From Eledone cirrhosa (taxonomy: Eukaryota), in NCBI GenBank assembly GCA_964016885.1, contig OZ024740.1, positions 240,312,001-240,376,000 of the forward strand: DNA of 64,000 nucleotides, read 5' to 3'. Made by a program: the position numbers and the translations under genes. Positions within the stretch are counted from its first letter, which is position 1; every line of letters begins with the position of its first letter. Shown here piece by piece: positions 1 to 13,635 of the stretch. The notes beneath the pieces were generated by a model, which saw only the letters and a list, made by a program, of their open reading frames with translations, was not told where the DNA came from and did not search any database.

Positions 1-66
1 GGAATTATTACTTCAGGACGACTTGGAGTTCTAACAACGTTATTGTCTCTGCCGCAAACGGGTAGA

Positions 67-70
<4 letters not shown>

Positions 71-125
<55 letters not shown>

Positions 126-174
126 GCGTGTGCGTGTGCGTGTGCGCGCGCGTGCGTGCGTGTGTGTGTGTGTG

Positions 175-256
<82 letters not shown>

Positions 257-272
257 CGTGTGTGTGTGTGTG

Positions 273-309
<37 letters not shown>
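71..309. repeat. (GT)n/(GC-GT) then (TA)n microsatellite
   Basis: Direct dinucleotide repeats; source of the spurious HT/CV/YI ORFs. Confidence 0.97.
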
Positions 310-311
<2 letters not shown>

Positions 312-661
312 AGGGAGTGTGACATGAAGTTACTGTAGGTTCACCCAGGTGAGCACTCAATGTTCACGTCTGTAGCGAGGTGTAGAGCTAGACAGAGTGT
401 AATATAATAATACAAGGACGATTTGTTATGTCTTCATTACGTCTATTGATTGGTGACGCACGTTTCGCTGTTGATCGGCTCATGGTTCGATATGTATCGA
501 TCTGGTGCGACTCTGGAATCAAAAGCTTGTCATTACAACGACGGGCTTTTGATTCCAGAGTCGCGCCAGATGGATACAGATCGAACCTTGAGCTGATCAA
601 TAGTGAAACGTGCGTCACCAATCAATAAACGTAATGAAGGCTTAATAAATCGTCTTTGTAT

Positions 662-668
<7 letters not shown>
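310..668. mobile_element. TA-flanked fold-back element (PLE pLTR-like) with HHR 3' half in each arm
   Basis: Imperfect inverted arms ~405-530 / ~545-668 with an extra tail 310-405; arm contains GAAACGTGCGTC; homologous to 44200-44320, which retains the 5' core. Confidence 0.75.
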
Positions 669-716
<48 letters not shown>

Positions 717-959
717 GTGCAGTGCTGGGCTGGGGAGACCATAAATCAAGAGAGTACTCTATGCATGATAAGAAGCATCGTAGGTATAGACGAAGGTAAA
801 AAATCTACCGCGACAGCTAGTGGCTACGGCTGGTATTCGGCAAGCCTTTCAAGGATGTACTGGGGTATGAAAACATTTTCTCGAATTTATGTATGGAGAA
901 GATTAATTTCAACCTCCACCGCAACCGCCAAACGCCGTCGGGTTTTTATCTTCCTCCCC

Positions 960-1046
<87 letters not shown>

Positions 1047-1167
1047 AGGTGAGTTTTATTGTAGTACAATAAAGCAATGCAGATATCGGATAAGAAGCAC
1101 TCTACAGTTTGTAGGACTGGAGTATACATAATATATAAGATCAAAAGATGGTTAAAGGAGTTCCATG

Positions 1168-1238
1168 TATTTTATTATGCGCATTTCAAAAACAAACATC
1201 ATCATGCAATAATATTTGTGTTTTCATCAGATAAAACA
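1168..1238 (-). ncRNA. Type I hammerhead ribozyme (inverted copy)
   Basis: Reverse complement of 1464-1534. Confidence 0.82.
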
Positions 1239-1463
1239 GGAGAACATGATATGAAGGCTAAAAAACACTTGTGGATAGTGCAGTTTTAAATCAACATATC
1301 AAAAACTGAAACGACTATATTTCTCTCAATAACCACATGGTAGCAATCTTTTCGATCATTAGTGCACTATTTATATTGATTTCAAACTCGTAAGAATAAA
1401 GAAAATGTTGATTTAAAACTGCACTGTCCACAAGTGTTTTTTAGCCTTCATATCATGTTCTCC

Positions 1464-1534
1464 TGTTTTATCTGATGAAAACACAAATATTATTGCATGA
1501 TGATGTTTGTTTTTGAAATGCGCATAATAAAATA
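1464..1534 (+). ncRNA. Type I hammerhead ribozyme, complete core
   Basis: tgttttat-CTGATGA-long stem II (caaatatt/gatgtttg)-GAAA-TGCGCA-TA-ataaaata; stem I 8 bp, palindromic stem III, AUA site. Confidence 0.85.
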
Positions 1535-1564
1535 CATGGAACTCCTTTAACCATCTTTTGATCT

Positions 1565-1591
<27 letters not shown>

Positions 1592-1595
<4 letters not shown>

Positions 1596-1693
1596 GTGTG
1601 TTGAGAAAATAACAGCTCGATATTTCTCTAAAGAGGCTTAGCATTAACTATTGCTGAACGTTAAACTATCACTTTTCAATGATATATTATGAC

Positions 1694-1779
<86 letters not shown>

Positions 1780-1885
1780 ACATACATGTGTGTTGAGAAA
1801 ATTACAGCTCGATATTTCTCTAAAGAGGCTTAGCATTAACTATTGCTGAACGTTAAAATATCACTTTTCAATGATATATTATGAC

Positions 1886-1920
<35 letters not shown>

Positions 1921-2021
1921 CATGTGTGTTGAGAAAATTACAGCTCGATATTTCTCTAAAGAGGCTTAGCATTAACTATTGCTGAACGTTAAAATATCAC
2001 TTTTCAATGATATATTATGAC

Positions 2022-2085
<64 letters not shown>

Positions 2086-2194
2086 ACATACATGTGTGTT
2101 GAGAAAATTACAGCTCGATATTTCTCTAAAGAGGCTTAGCATTAACTATTGCTGAACGTTAAAATATCACTTTTCAATGATATATTATGACAAT
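1592..2194. repeat. Four tandem ~105-bp units separated by (TA)n tracts
   Basis: catgtgtgttgagaaaa...atgacaat starting at ~1593, 1785, 1921, 2091. Confidence 0.92.
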
Positions 2195-2608
2195 AAAAAC
2201 TGAAACGATTATATTTCTCTCAATAACCACATGGTAGCAATCTTTTCGATCATTAGTGCACTATTTATATTGATTTCAAACTCGTAAGAATAAAGAGAAA
2301 CTATTTTGGTAGCTTTTATGAGGATATATTTGTCAATAATATTGATAACAGTTTCAATTCTATATTTCAACGCCAACTATAGTGAAATACAATTACTCCT
2401 CACTTAACGACCCAATTTTGTTTTAAAAAAAACATAAACAAACTCCACACTTAAAGATCGGGATTCGTTTCAAAAATCTAGTTGTAAAATATTTTAATGT
2501 CACCCAACGCATAATAGAGTCTACGACGAAAATATGATATGCGTAGCCAAGTATAAGTTGTACATTAAATAAATTATTTAAATGAAAAACATTTATAAAT
2601 CTTTAGTG

Positions 2609-2968
2609 AATTGACAGTATCGGTAGAGGGTTGGATTATGCTTTCCAGCATAGTTACGTCCCTTTACGATCTGAGTTCAATTCCCGCCAGGTTGACTTTG
2701 CCTTTCATCCTTACGGGGTCGATAAAATAAAGTACCAGTAATGCACTGGGTAATTTGCTGGCCTTATGCCTAAAGTAGAAACAATTATTTTAATCGGTAG
2801 AGGGTCGGGCGCCATTCTTTGAAGCATAGAGTTACCTCCCTTTATGATCTGAGTTCAAATCCCGCCGAGGTTAACTTTGCCTTTCATCCTTACGGGGTCG
2901 ATAAAATAAAGTACCAGTAATGCACTGGTATAATTGCTGGCCTGGTGCCAAAAGTAGAAACAATTATT
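2609..2968 (+). mobile_element. Two tandem tRNA-derived SINEs (Meta/MESC-like core)
   Basis: B-box-like GAGTTCAAATCCC, core ctttgcctttcatccttacggggtcgataaaataaagtaccagt, tail gtagaaacaatta. Confidence 0.85.
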
Positions 2969-3244
2969 TTAATGACTGTAGATTTGTTTAATGATGCAAA
3001 ACACTTATAAAAATTGTATTGAGACATAAAAAAAAAGGATTTCCTGGATAAAGGACATAGATAGCATAAAAATACATAAAAGAAATTCAGAAAGCACATA
3101 ACGTATGAATATGTGAACACAAAAAATTAGGTCATAAGTGGAAGCGATCGTTAAACAGGTGGGGAATGGATGAATTTTATATCAGTGATTCTCGTAGCAC
3201 TATTGTGGGATGTACATGATTTGCTGATGAGGTTACAATTACGT

Positions 3245-4278
3245 TTTCTAATTCAGGCACAAGGCTAGCCATTTATGGGGAGAGGAAAGTTGATTATATT
3301 GTTTCTGACATTTGAGTGGTACTTTAACTTATCGACCGCGGAAGCATGGGAGGCAAAGTTGACCTAAGTGTGATTTGAATTCAAAACGTAACAAAACGTC
3401 GCAAACCAAGTGTCCGACGTTGTAATCATTCTGCCAATATGCTGTCCTGATGAGGTGGTAATAATTGTTACTACTTTAGGCATAAGGCCAGCAATAACCC
3501 AGTACATTACTGGTACTTTATTTTATCGACCCCGTAAGGATGAAAGGCAAAGTTAACCTCGGCGGGATTTGAACTCAGATCGTAAAGGGACGTAACTCTA
3601 TGCTGCAAAGCATGGCGTCCGACCCTCTACCGATACTGCCAATCCACCGCCCTCAGCCCTGAGGTTGTAATAATGATTTCTAATTTAGGCACAAGACTAG
3701 CGATTTGGGGGAGGGGAGAATCGATTAAATCAACCCCAGTGCATTACAAGTACTTTATTTTATCGACCCCGCAGTTAACCTCCGCGGAACTTGAAATCGG
3801 AACGTAAAGGGCCATAACTTTATGTTGCAAAGCATGGTGTCTGACGCTCTACCGATATTGCCAATCCACCGCTAAAGGAGGTTGTAATAATTATTTCTAC
3901 TTTTGGCACAAGACCAGCAATTACACCAGTACATTACTGGTGCTTTATTTTATCGACCCCGTAAGGATGACAGGCAAAGTTAACCTCGGAGGGATTTGAA
4001 CTCAGAACGTAAAGGGCCATAACTTTGTTTTGCAAAGCATGGTGTCTGATGCTCTACCGTTACTGCTAATGCCCAGATTTGTCTCTCTAATGTGCTGAAA
4101 TAATTAGGATAATTGTTTCTACTTTAGGCACAAGGCCAGCAATTATCCAGTGCATTACTGGTACTTTATTTTATCGACCCCGTAAGAATGAAAGGCAAAG
4201 TCAACCTCCGCGGGATTTGAACTCAGATCGTAAAGGGACGTAACTATGCTGGAAAGCATGGCGTCCGACCCTCTACCG
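3245..4278 (-). mobile_element. Array of ~5 head-to-tail SINE copies
   Basis: Repeated reverse-complement core at ~3320, 3510, 3750, 3940, 4160. Confidence 0.88.
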
Positions 4279-5170
4279 ATACTGTCAATCCACCGCCCTT
4301 CTTAAGATAATATTGACTGACTAGAAAGCTACTTGTCATATCACATGTAATGTTAGGAATATAGTTTTGCCACTATAGGTAATTTCACGTTATGTTATAT
4401 AGGTACAATAATTATAATTTCGTTTTTTTTTTTAAGTTTCATAATACTTGCAAATATAATGAAATGAATATTAATTCTCAAAATAAAACTATTTATTTAA
4501 TTAAATTAAATAAATTTCTCGTTTTTATATTTACAACAAATATATGTCATCAATAACAATAATACTGCTTCACTCTCAATTCATTAGAGATGTAGTGTAT
4601 TGAGCAATTCCATATAAAGTAGCACAATTATCAATATTGATTTTTTTTGTTGTTGTTTTCATCGCTGCATAAACATGTCTAGTTAAAGTTTTAATGCGCC
4701 CTTCAATAAATATGTTAACACCAACTTAACTATTTACTAAAGATACTATTCTTGTCTGTTCATAAAATGGCTTTTATCAGGCATAAAGATCATAAGAACG
4801 TGACAAATTGTCTACTTTGACATTTTGTCTTTAGCTTTCTTGATAATTAAATATGATATCACAAGCGGGATTTGGGTGGGAGGGTTTTAATAGTATGACC
4901 ACAAAATCTTGAAGAACCCACCCAGTCCACGACATCATTCCTAAATTGAATCGCTTTACTTATTTTGCTGGTAGTGTTATATTCAAAATGATGATCAACA
5001 TATCCTACTTACCTCTATCTCGATGAAAATCTGTTAATGATAATGAAGGTGATGATTTCTTTTAATGATGCTAATAAATAATCAGGAGGAAAGGAAAGTG
5101 AGAGATTTCATCATCAACGTTATCGTTATTATTATAGTTGTTGTTATTATCATTATTATCATCATTATTA

Positions 5171-5380
5171 TTGGCAGTATCGGTAGAGGGTCGGACGCCT
5201 TGCTTTGCAGCAAAGAGTTACGGCCCTTTATGGTCTGAGTTCAAATCCCGCCGAGGTTAGCTTTGCCTTTCATCCTTACGAGATCGATAAAATAAACTAC
5301 CAGTAATGCACTAGGGTCGATTTAATCGACTTTCACCTCCCTCAAAATTGCTGGCCTTATGCCTATAGTAGCAACAATTA
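5171..5380 (+). mobile_element. Meta-core SINE
   Basis: ttggcagtatcggtagagggtcgg head, B box, core, tail. Confidence 0.88.
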
Positions 5381-5993
5381 TTATCATCATTATCATCATC
5401 ACCATCATTATTTATTTGTATTTCTTTTATCACATCGTATCACCAAGTCCAAAACATGGTCTTGGTGTTACACATGATATATGATGTTATATTGTGGACG
5501 TCATACTCCATAGAATACATGCTGTTCTTAGGAGAGTTGCTAAACACAGAGTTTAAGATTTTAGGGCCAAGGTGCACAGAGCGATAAAACGGTTCAGCAC
5601 GCACATGTCCAGTGTCCGAGCGTTGCTGCCTTGTGAAGTTTTGTCGAACAGCTGTTGTCGCGTGTAGGACGGATCCGGTTATCAACCGACTCCCATCGTG
5701 AAGATCGCCACGCCATCTTCTTTTGGCAGGGAAATGCAGGCAGTTTTCCTCTGTCTGTTGGCTGTAGTGAGGTGGACAGCTAATCCCTCATTATCTTTTC
5801 AAGTTTTACTTGGAAAAGGTGAGGATGGAGAGAGAAGGTAAATGTGACGAGAATGAACTGAGCTTGTGTTTGTAGGATGGAGATTTCGAAGAGGGGGAGA
5901 CACTTCCTTGGGTTCTCTTGGTAATTAGGGCTTTTAAACTACCCTTAGTTGATACTCCTCCTATTGGGGAATTCTGTTGTTATTTGTTTATTA

Positions 5994-6597
5994 TAAAATA
6001 AAGTACCAGTAATGCACTGGGTAATTGCTGGCCTTGTGCCTAAAGTAGAAACAGTTATTTGTTTATTACTAATTATTACATATTTTCCCGGTGGATTGGC
6101 AGTATCGGTAGAGGGTCGGACGCCATGCTTTCCAGCATAGTTACGTCCCTTTACGATCTGAGTTCAAATCCCGCCGAGGTTGACTTTGCCTTTCATCCTT
6201 ACGGGGTCGATAAAATAAAGTACCAGTAATGCACTGGGTAATTGCTGGCCTTGTGCCTAAAGTAGAAACAATTACATATTTTCCCTTTTTACGTCTCTAT
6301 GTAAATCTCCACTGTCTTTGTTATTTTCTACTGTCCTTTATGTTTAGTACAGGTGGCCAATAAAGAAAAAATATTAAGGTTAATTGATTAGCCTGAATTA
6401 CTAGAACGTTAGACAACATGTCCTGCAGTATGTGTTCCGGCGCTTTACGTTCTGAGTTCAAATCCCACCGAAGTCAACTTTACCTTTCATACTTCCAGGG
6501 TTGATAAAATAAAATACCAGTCAAGTAGTGGGATTGATATAATCAACAAACCCCTTCCGTCAACAAAATGCCTGGCTTTCCACCGGTGGAAGGAACC
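5994..6597 (+). mobile_element. SINE 3' fragment, full SINE (6091-6274) and older diverged copy
   Basis: Same head/core/tail motifs. Confidence 0.85.
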
Positions 6598-6599
6598 AC

Positions 6600-6645
<46 letters not shown>

Positions 6646-6649
6646 GGTG

Positions 6650-6711
<62 letters not shown>

Positions 6712-6772
6712 GGTGGTGGTGGTGGTGGTGGTGGTGGTGGTGGTGGTGGTGGTGGTGGTGGTGGTGGTGGTG

Positions 6773-6804
<32 letters not shown>

Positions 6805-6832
6805 GGTGGTAGTGGTGGTGGTGGTGGTGGTG

Positions 6833-6876
<44 letters not shown>

Positions 6877-6880
6877 GGTG

Positions 6881-6927
<47 letters not shown>

Positions 6928-7089
6928 GGTGGTGGTGGTGGTAGTAGTAGTAGTAGTGGTAGTGGTGGTGGTGGTGGTGGTGGTGGTGGTGGTGGTGGTG
7001 GTGGTAGTAGTGGTGGTGGTGGTGGTGGTGGTGGTAGTAGTAGTGGTGGTGGTGGTGGCAGTAGTAGTAGTAGTAGTAGTAGTAGCAGC

Positions 7090-7188
<99 letters not shown>

Positions 7189-7189
7189 G

Positions 7190-7238
<49 letters not shown>

Positions 7239-7318
7239 TGGTAGTAGTAGTAGTAGTAGTAGTGGTAGCAGCAGCAGCAGTGGTAGTAGTAGTAGTAGTA
7301 GTAGTGGTAGTAGTAGTA
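6598..7318. repeat. Compound (TAG)n/(TGG)n microsatellite
   Basis: Alternating agt/ggt blocks; explains poly-S/G, poly-V and poly-L/P ORFs. Confidence 0.97.
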
Positions 7319-7414
7319 CTACAGACAAACGGAGTTAGAACTAATTATATAGTAACAAATTATATAGAACACCTAACAAATCAACAAAGACAAAAGATTA
7401 ATAAAACAAGGAAT

Positions 7415-7597
7415 AACAACGACGACGACGATGATGATGGTGATGATGATGATGAGGAGGATGATGGTGGTGGTGATGCTGCTGATGATGATATATGATG
7501 ATGACGGCGATGACGATGATGGTGATGAACGACGACGTTGATGATGATGGTGGTGGTGGGGGTGGTGATGATGATGGTGGTGACGATGATGATGATG
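7415..7597. repeat. (GAT/GAC/GGT)n low-complexity repeat
   Basis: Trinucleotide runs. Confidence 0.9.
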
Positions 7598-7611
7598 GTT
7601 TCTTAATAAAT

Positions 7612-8292
7612 AATTGTTTCTACTTTTGGCACACGTAAGGATGAAAGGCAAAGTTAACTTCGGCGGGATTTGAACTCAGAATGGCAAGGGCCGTAACTCT
7701 ATGCGTCAAAGCATGGCGTCCGACCCTCTACCGATACTGCCAATCCACTGCCATCATAATAAATAAATGTTTCTATTTTTGGCACAAGGCCAGCAATTAC
7801 CCAGTGCATTACTGGTACTTTATTTTATCGACCCCGTAAGAATGAAAGGCAAAGTCAACCTCGGCGGGATTTGAACTCAGATCGTAAAGGGACGTAACTA
7901 TGCTGGAAAGCATGGCGTCCGACCCTCTACCGATACTGCTAATCCACCATAAATAATTGTTTCTACGTTAGGCACAAGTCCAGCAAATACCCAGTGTATT
8001 ACTGGTACTTTATTTTATCGACCCCGTAAGGATGAAAGGCAAAGTTAACCTCGGCGGGATTTGAACTCAGAATGGCAAGGGCCGTAACTCTATGCGTCAA
8101 ATGATGATAATAATTGTTTCTACTTTAGGCACAAGGCCAGCAAATATCCAGTGCATTACTGGTATTTTATTTTATCGACCCCGTAAGGATGAAAGGCAAG
8201 GTTAACCTCGGCGGGATTTGAACTCAGAATGGCAAGGGCCGTAACTCTATGCGTCAAAGCATGGCGTCCGACCCTCTACCGATACTGCCAAT
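7612..8292 (-). mobile_element. Array of 4 head-to-tail SINE copies
   Basis: Near-identical reverse-complement copies at ~7615, 7765, 7955, 8111. Confidence 0.9.
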
Positions 8293-9949
8293 GATAATAA
8301 TAACAATATAATATGCAGCCTTTGGACTGGGCTGTCATGTAAGCAATGTCCTAGGATAAACGAGAACAACAATGACGGATAATCTTTTGTTTCGCTCATC
8401 TAATTGGTCAGTGGATTTTCTAATTAATACTTGTTGCAACGATTGCAACAAGGATTATGTTTTATTTATTTTTATATTCTTTTTTATTCTTTTGCTGATT
8501 TCTGTCATTAGACAGCGGTCATACTGGAGCACAACTTTGATCATATCAACTCTAGAAATTATTTTTTGAAGTCAGGCATTCATTTTTCTTATTCATATAT
8601 TTCATTTATTTATTTTGGTTTGATTTTCATAGACCATTGTGTTGATATTTATATCACTAAGGCCTTGAATTATTTGTGAAATTATTGCTGTTGTTGTTTA
8701 GATTGAAATCATCCTTGATCCAGCAGACGTGTGATTGAATTTAATCTAGCCGTGACTATCCCGTCTTTTAAGAGATATTTAGGTTTACCTTATCCAATTT
8801 ATATGACGGTGAAGTGTGATTTTGGGGATATTTGCTGCTGTTTCTAGTTGTTCAAGTAACCACATGCAGACTCTCTCCTTGGCTTATAAATACATTGATT
8901 TGTATGTGGGACCTTTTCCTACCTAATAGGTATGATTGATTGTTTTGTGTTTTACACTTAAATCCGATCGATTCAATTTGACTGTTTAGTCTATTTTCAC
9001 TGGAAAATCTAACATTCTCGCCTTCTCGGGGGCTGGATTTGGGCAATATTTATACAAGATGTAGGGAGTTTGAAAACACTGGCAGATCTAATGAAAACTC
9101 TTGGTAAGCACTGAGCATTGGACGTCTTATTTTTTTCATGTATCAATTAACCCTTTTGATACAACTGCCCCTAACCGCCTCTAGTACTATAAGATAAAAC
9201 CAAGGTTCTTATCTATATTAATATCTTCAAATATAAGAACCTCTCGTTACTTTATGTTACAAATGCCATCTTGATAATGAAATAATTAATCATTTTAGTA
9301 AATCCCTCAAACATTCGTCATTAATTCATTTAAATACAATATATTAAAAATACAGTAATAAAAAGGGTTTAAATAAAATTATTTTACAATGAAGCTTCTC
9401 ATTTCTACTTTAAGCTCTAAACCAGCGTTTCTCAAACGATGCATCATGGAACACTAATGTGCCGCAAGTGATATTTAGGTGCACTCAAAAGGATATCTAT
9501 ATGTGGCACATGAGGTATTTAAGAGTGTGCACGGTTTTCTAAATACATTTCAAGGGGTATGTTGTCTTTCCTTTTCTTTTTTTTTTCCTTATCATTTATT
9601 TCACTAGCCGTGTATAAAATTAAAATATAAAAAAATGGTGTACAAAAGAAAAAAGTATGATACAGTTCTTACAGAGAGAATAAAAGGTTTTTAGGAATGG
9701 AATGAAGTTATTCATTATTGAGAATGCGCGAATCAGGCTAGTGAGGCCATCGAGGAGTTCTTTATGTTCTGATTTCAAATCCCACTGAGGTTGAGTATAC
9801 CTTTGATCATTCCAGAGTACCAGTCATCAACAAGAGTCAATAAATTCGACTACAGTCTTTCTTTATAGATATGAGGCTTCATACGTATGATAGAAATCAA
9901 TCATGTTATTAGAGGACAACGTGTGGCAAAACGGTAAAGAATAAAATAA

Positions 9950-10541
9950 CGATTTCTACAATAGGCACAAGGCCAGAAATTTGGGGGTAGGGGAAAGTCG
10001 ATTAAATCGACCCCAGTGTATTACTGGTGCTTTATCTATCGACGCCTTAACGATGAAAGGCAAAGCTAACCTCGGCGGGATTTGAACTCAGAACGTAAAG
10101 GGCCGTAACTTTAAGCTGCAAAGAAGGGTGTCCGACGCTCTACCAATTCTGCCAATAAAATAATTTTCTACTTTTGGCACAAGGCCAGCAATTACCCCAG
10201 TGTATTACTGGTGTTTTATTTTATCAACACCTTAAGGATGAAGGGCAAAGTCTAACCTAGGTGGGATTAGAACTCAGAACGTAAAGGGACATAACTCTAT
10301 GCTGCAAAGCATGGTGCCTGACGCTCTACCGATACTGACAATCCACTGCCTAAAATAATAAAATAATTGTTTCTATATTTGGCACAAGGCCAGCAATTAT
10401 TCCAGTGCATTACTGGTACTTTATTTTATCGACCCCGTAAGGATGAAAGGCAAAGTTAACCTTGGCAGGATTTTAACTCAGACCGCAAAGGGACGTAACT
10501 CTATGCTGCAAAGCATGGCGTCCGACCCTCTACTGATACTG
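9950..10541 (-). mobile_element. Array of 3 head-to-tail SINE copies
   Basis: Copies at ~9950, 10162, 10365. Confidence 0.88.
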
Positions 10542-11864
10542 TAGCAATCATATAGTGACGCCGATATAGTGTATTGTTCCCTTCTACCACTATAACCACC
10601 TCTAACAACCGAAATGTAAAGCCAAAGAGTTGCAGCAGCAGCAGCAGCAGCAACAGTAGTAGTAGTAGTAGTAGTAGCAGCAGCAGCAGCAGCAGCAGTA
10701 GCAGTAGTAGTAGTGGTAGTGGTAGTAGTAGTAGTAGTAGTAGTAGACGACATCTTTATTGAATCTGTTGCTGTTCATGCTATATCGTTGTCACTATCTA
10801 GTAAATTATGATAGTGTGTTAATTCTCGGGACATTTATGTGAGGCTGTAATTATCCAGATTATTCTATTACTGTCAATATCGCTATTACTGTTCATCGTA
10901 TATCTTCTTCGCTGTCGTCCTTGCCATTGCTGTTGTTGTTGTTGTTTTTGTTTGATCATTGTTGTTTTTTTAATTTTGTTTTTGTTTGTTTTGTTTTTGT
11001 CTGGTTGCTATTTTTTTTTCTCGTGTTTATTGCCAGCGAATCTAGTGTCATTTGAAACGAATGTCGAAAAATTTCCGGTAACAACAGATGTTTTATAGCC
11101 TTCTACTCTGCATCCGTCTTTCGTTATCGTTCTTGTATTCCGAGATCGATAACTGCGTCGTTTGCTTAGTTAATATCGTGTTTATTCTGACTGGATTCTC
11201 CCGAAACAGGAACGAAGAATGCAGATCTAGAACTAGATAGAAGCATTTGGGTTCTTCTTTTTATTTTTACTCTCAATTTGCTTTGTTTTACCTTTTTATT
11301 CCTCATAATTTTGCTTTTCGAAGTTGAAAATGAATAATCAATATAGTCATTTTTCAAATCTATGCTTCTCATTTAGCTCTTACTACATCCCTTGCTGGTT
11401 CTGTTTCAATTTGATTTGAGTAGATTATCTGCCTATGATTTCAGATGCCATTTATTTAGGTTGTATAGATATAGTCTATATCTTTTATATTCAGTTAATA
11501 TATAATCGTGAGTATTATTAGATGCTTTTACATATATATGAAGCCATTATACATTTCTGATTTGTGAATAGTCAACATTCAGCTTCTCTTACTCGTATAA
11601 GTAATGCAATGTGTAAATACATGATGTGTATATAGAAGAATAAAATATCAGTATTAATGGCGTAAATGAATCATTGGGTTTTGTAGCATCATTGTTAAAC
11701 CTGATAATCTTCATCAGGTAAAGGAGACCTGCGGCCCATTACATGTATGGCACGTGTAATTCCATAAGCAATCTATTATACAAATACGCATTGTACATTT
11801 GTCTATATTTGATAATCAGTGTACAGGTGGCAGAAAAACAGAAAAGCTTTATATGTCCCGTGGG

Positions 11865-12565
11865 TGTGCAAGGGCCGTACATGCAGCTAGGTAGTTCTTC
11901 AACAGCTTCCCACCGGAACTGGCATCGAGGGACGCCAGGCACCTCATTGTCAAGCTTGACATGAGGAATGCCTTTAACTGCCTACGCTGTGACCATCTGC
12001 TCGAGGCCTGCCTTAGCCGAGGCCTGCCTTAGCCGAGCCCTCTCGGCCCACTCGCTGGTCTAACTGTTGTATAGAGCCTCGAGCATGCTCCTTGCTGCTG
12101 ACACGGTCATACCTTTAGCCACTGGGGTTAAACAGGGCGACCCGTCGGGTCCCCACCTCTTTGCTCTCGGTATAGACCACATTTCTCAAAACATCACGGC
12201 GCCTTTTCAATGTTTGGTACCTGGGTGATGCCGCGTTGGATGGGCCCGTAGAGACTGTCTGCCACGATCTGCGATTGGTGGTTCCTGCTCTGGCGAGAAT
12301 CGACCTTGAGGGCAACTCGTCCAAGTCAGAGATGGTGAATGTCAGCTACGACGCAGAGGGCTTTGCAGCTTCTGTCTCAGACGTGCAATCCATTCTCCGT
12401 CAAGTACAAGTGACCCCGAAAGAAGATGTCCTCATCCTCGGGTCGCCGATCCTCCCGCCGGCCATCTACTCCACCATCAGATCCAGGCGCCAGCAGCCCA
12501 CCACTCACATGAGCAGACTGGGCCTGACTGATGCCCATCCAGCTCTCTTCCTGTTGAGGAACTGT
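11865..12565 (+). pseudogene. Decayed RT fragment of a CRE-like non-LTR retrotransposon
   Basis: GC-rich island; across frameshifts reads VKLDMRNAFN...TGVKQGDPSGPHLFAL...FNVWYLGDAAL...NSSKSE...ILGSPI. Confidence 0.78.
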
Positions 12566-12976
12566 AGGTGGGAGATCTCCTCGACTAACGGAGAGAGTTG
12601 ACAGGTCTGACTTCGCGTCTGTGTGTATGTGTGTGTGTGTGTATGTGTGTGTGTACGTGAGTGTTTTGTGGTTGTTTCTAATTCAACGATGAAATTTTCA
12701 CGTCATCTGCAAGTGTAATAAATTACTGCATGTGACTTTTTTCCGTCACGTAAAACGTCCTGACTGATTTTGAATATATCTGTTTAGAACAAATAAACAT
12801 AGAATTACGGATATTTTGTAATTTTTCCAAAAAATAAATTGTCAGAAGATTTAGTGATACAAACATCTCGTAAATAAACATCACAACAAAATTACCAACA
12901 CGGTGTAATTCAGAATAAAGGTATATAACAATATGTCTATGTATATTAAGCATATATATATATATTTATATATATA

Positions 12977-13065
12977 GGAACAAGTAAGACCCACTCTACT
13001 ACCCTAAGTATTGAGTACTTTGGCGCGTTATGGTCCACCTGGTTCCTTACCACATTTCCTTCGTT
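12977..13065. mobile_element. Family A TA-inserted element (shortest copy)
   Basis: Short inverted arm ggaacaagtaagaccc joined through accc to the family A tail ending ccttcgtt. Confidence 0.85.
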
Positions 13066-13134
13066 ATATATATATATATATAGTTTCACAGTTACCAGAA
13101 CACCCGTGTAACAGTGCTGTATATATATATTTCA

Positions 13135-13179
<45 letters not shown>

Positions 13180-13395
13180 TTAGTACAGATTAAAAGTTTA
13201 AGCAATGAATTTATGCTTTCACCTTATACAGAATCATATGAAACAGTTTAAGATAATCACGTTTAGGCTGAAATTCATTGCTTAAACTTTTAATCTGTAC
13301 TAAAAATAAATATTTGCTCAATGGGTTTATATATACTTATATATATACAAAACTTATCGAGTCCACTGTGTATTTATTATTACGATAATAACAAT
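13180..13395. mobile_element. TA-flanked short fold-back element with tail
   Basis: tagtacagattaaaagtttaagcaatgaattt inverted at ~13272-13302. Confidence 0.6.
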
Positions 13396-13417
13396 ATATA
13401 TATATATATTTTCCAAT

Positions 13418-13595
13418 CGATCGACTTTCGTCAAATCGGACCGTGGAAACAATGTTTCCGTTGGTCTTTCCAATTGCTAATACTATCTATCGGTCGCAAC
13501 TCCAGGTAGAAGGAGCAACGTGAAATAAAATGTCTTGCTCAAGGACATAACGCATCGCCTGGTCCAGGAATCGAACTCACAACCTTACGATTGCG

Positions 13596-13600
<5 letters not shown>
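13418..13600 (-). mobile_element. Second tRNA-derived SINE family (CORE/V-like), 5' truncated
   Basis: Minus strand: gagttcgattcc B box and tgtccttgagcaagaca; full copies at 28449, 33624, 41686. Confidence 0.82.

Positions 13601-13633
<33 letters not shown>

Positions 13634-13635
<2 letters not shown>

Larger units (their letters stand above)
1045..1565. mobile_element. TA-flanked inverted-arm HHR element with tail
   Basis: Arms ~1135-1297 and ~1406-1565 are near-perfect inverted repeats; tail 1045-1135; near-identical copy at 49751-50003. Confidence 0.85.

Noticed and set aside
8-360. ORFs of HT/CV/YI dipeptides here and throughout the window
   Set aside because: Translations of (CA)n, (GT)n and (TA)n microsatellites
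1592-2194. Repeat-spacer pattern resembling a CRISPR array
   Set aside because: Units are ~105 bp, spacers are plain TA, no cas genes, eukaryotic context
6091-6274. tRNA gene or U4 snRNA (tggcagtatcg match)
   Set aside because: Only A/B-box-like head of a SINE; no cloverleaf; 11-nt match is insufficient
6543-7498. Long poly-S/G, poly-V and poly-L/P ORFs
   Set aside because: Trinucleotide microsatellite open in several frames; the start lies in a SINE tail
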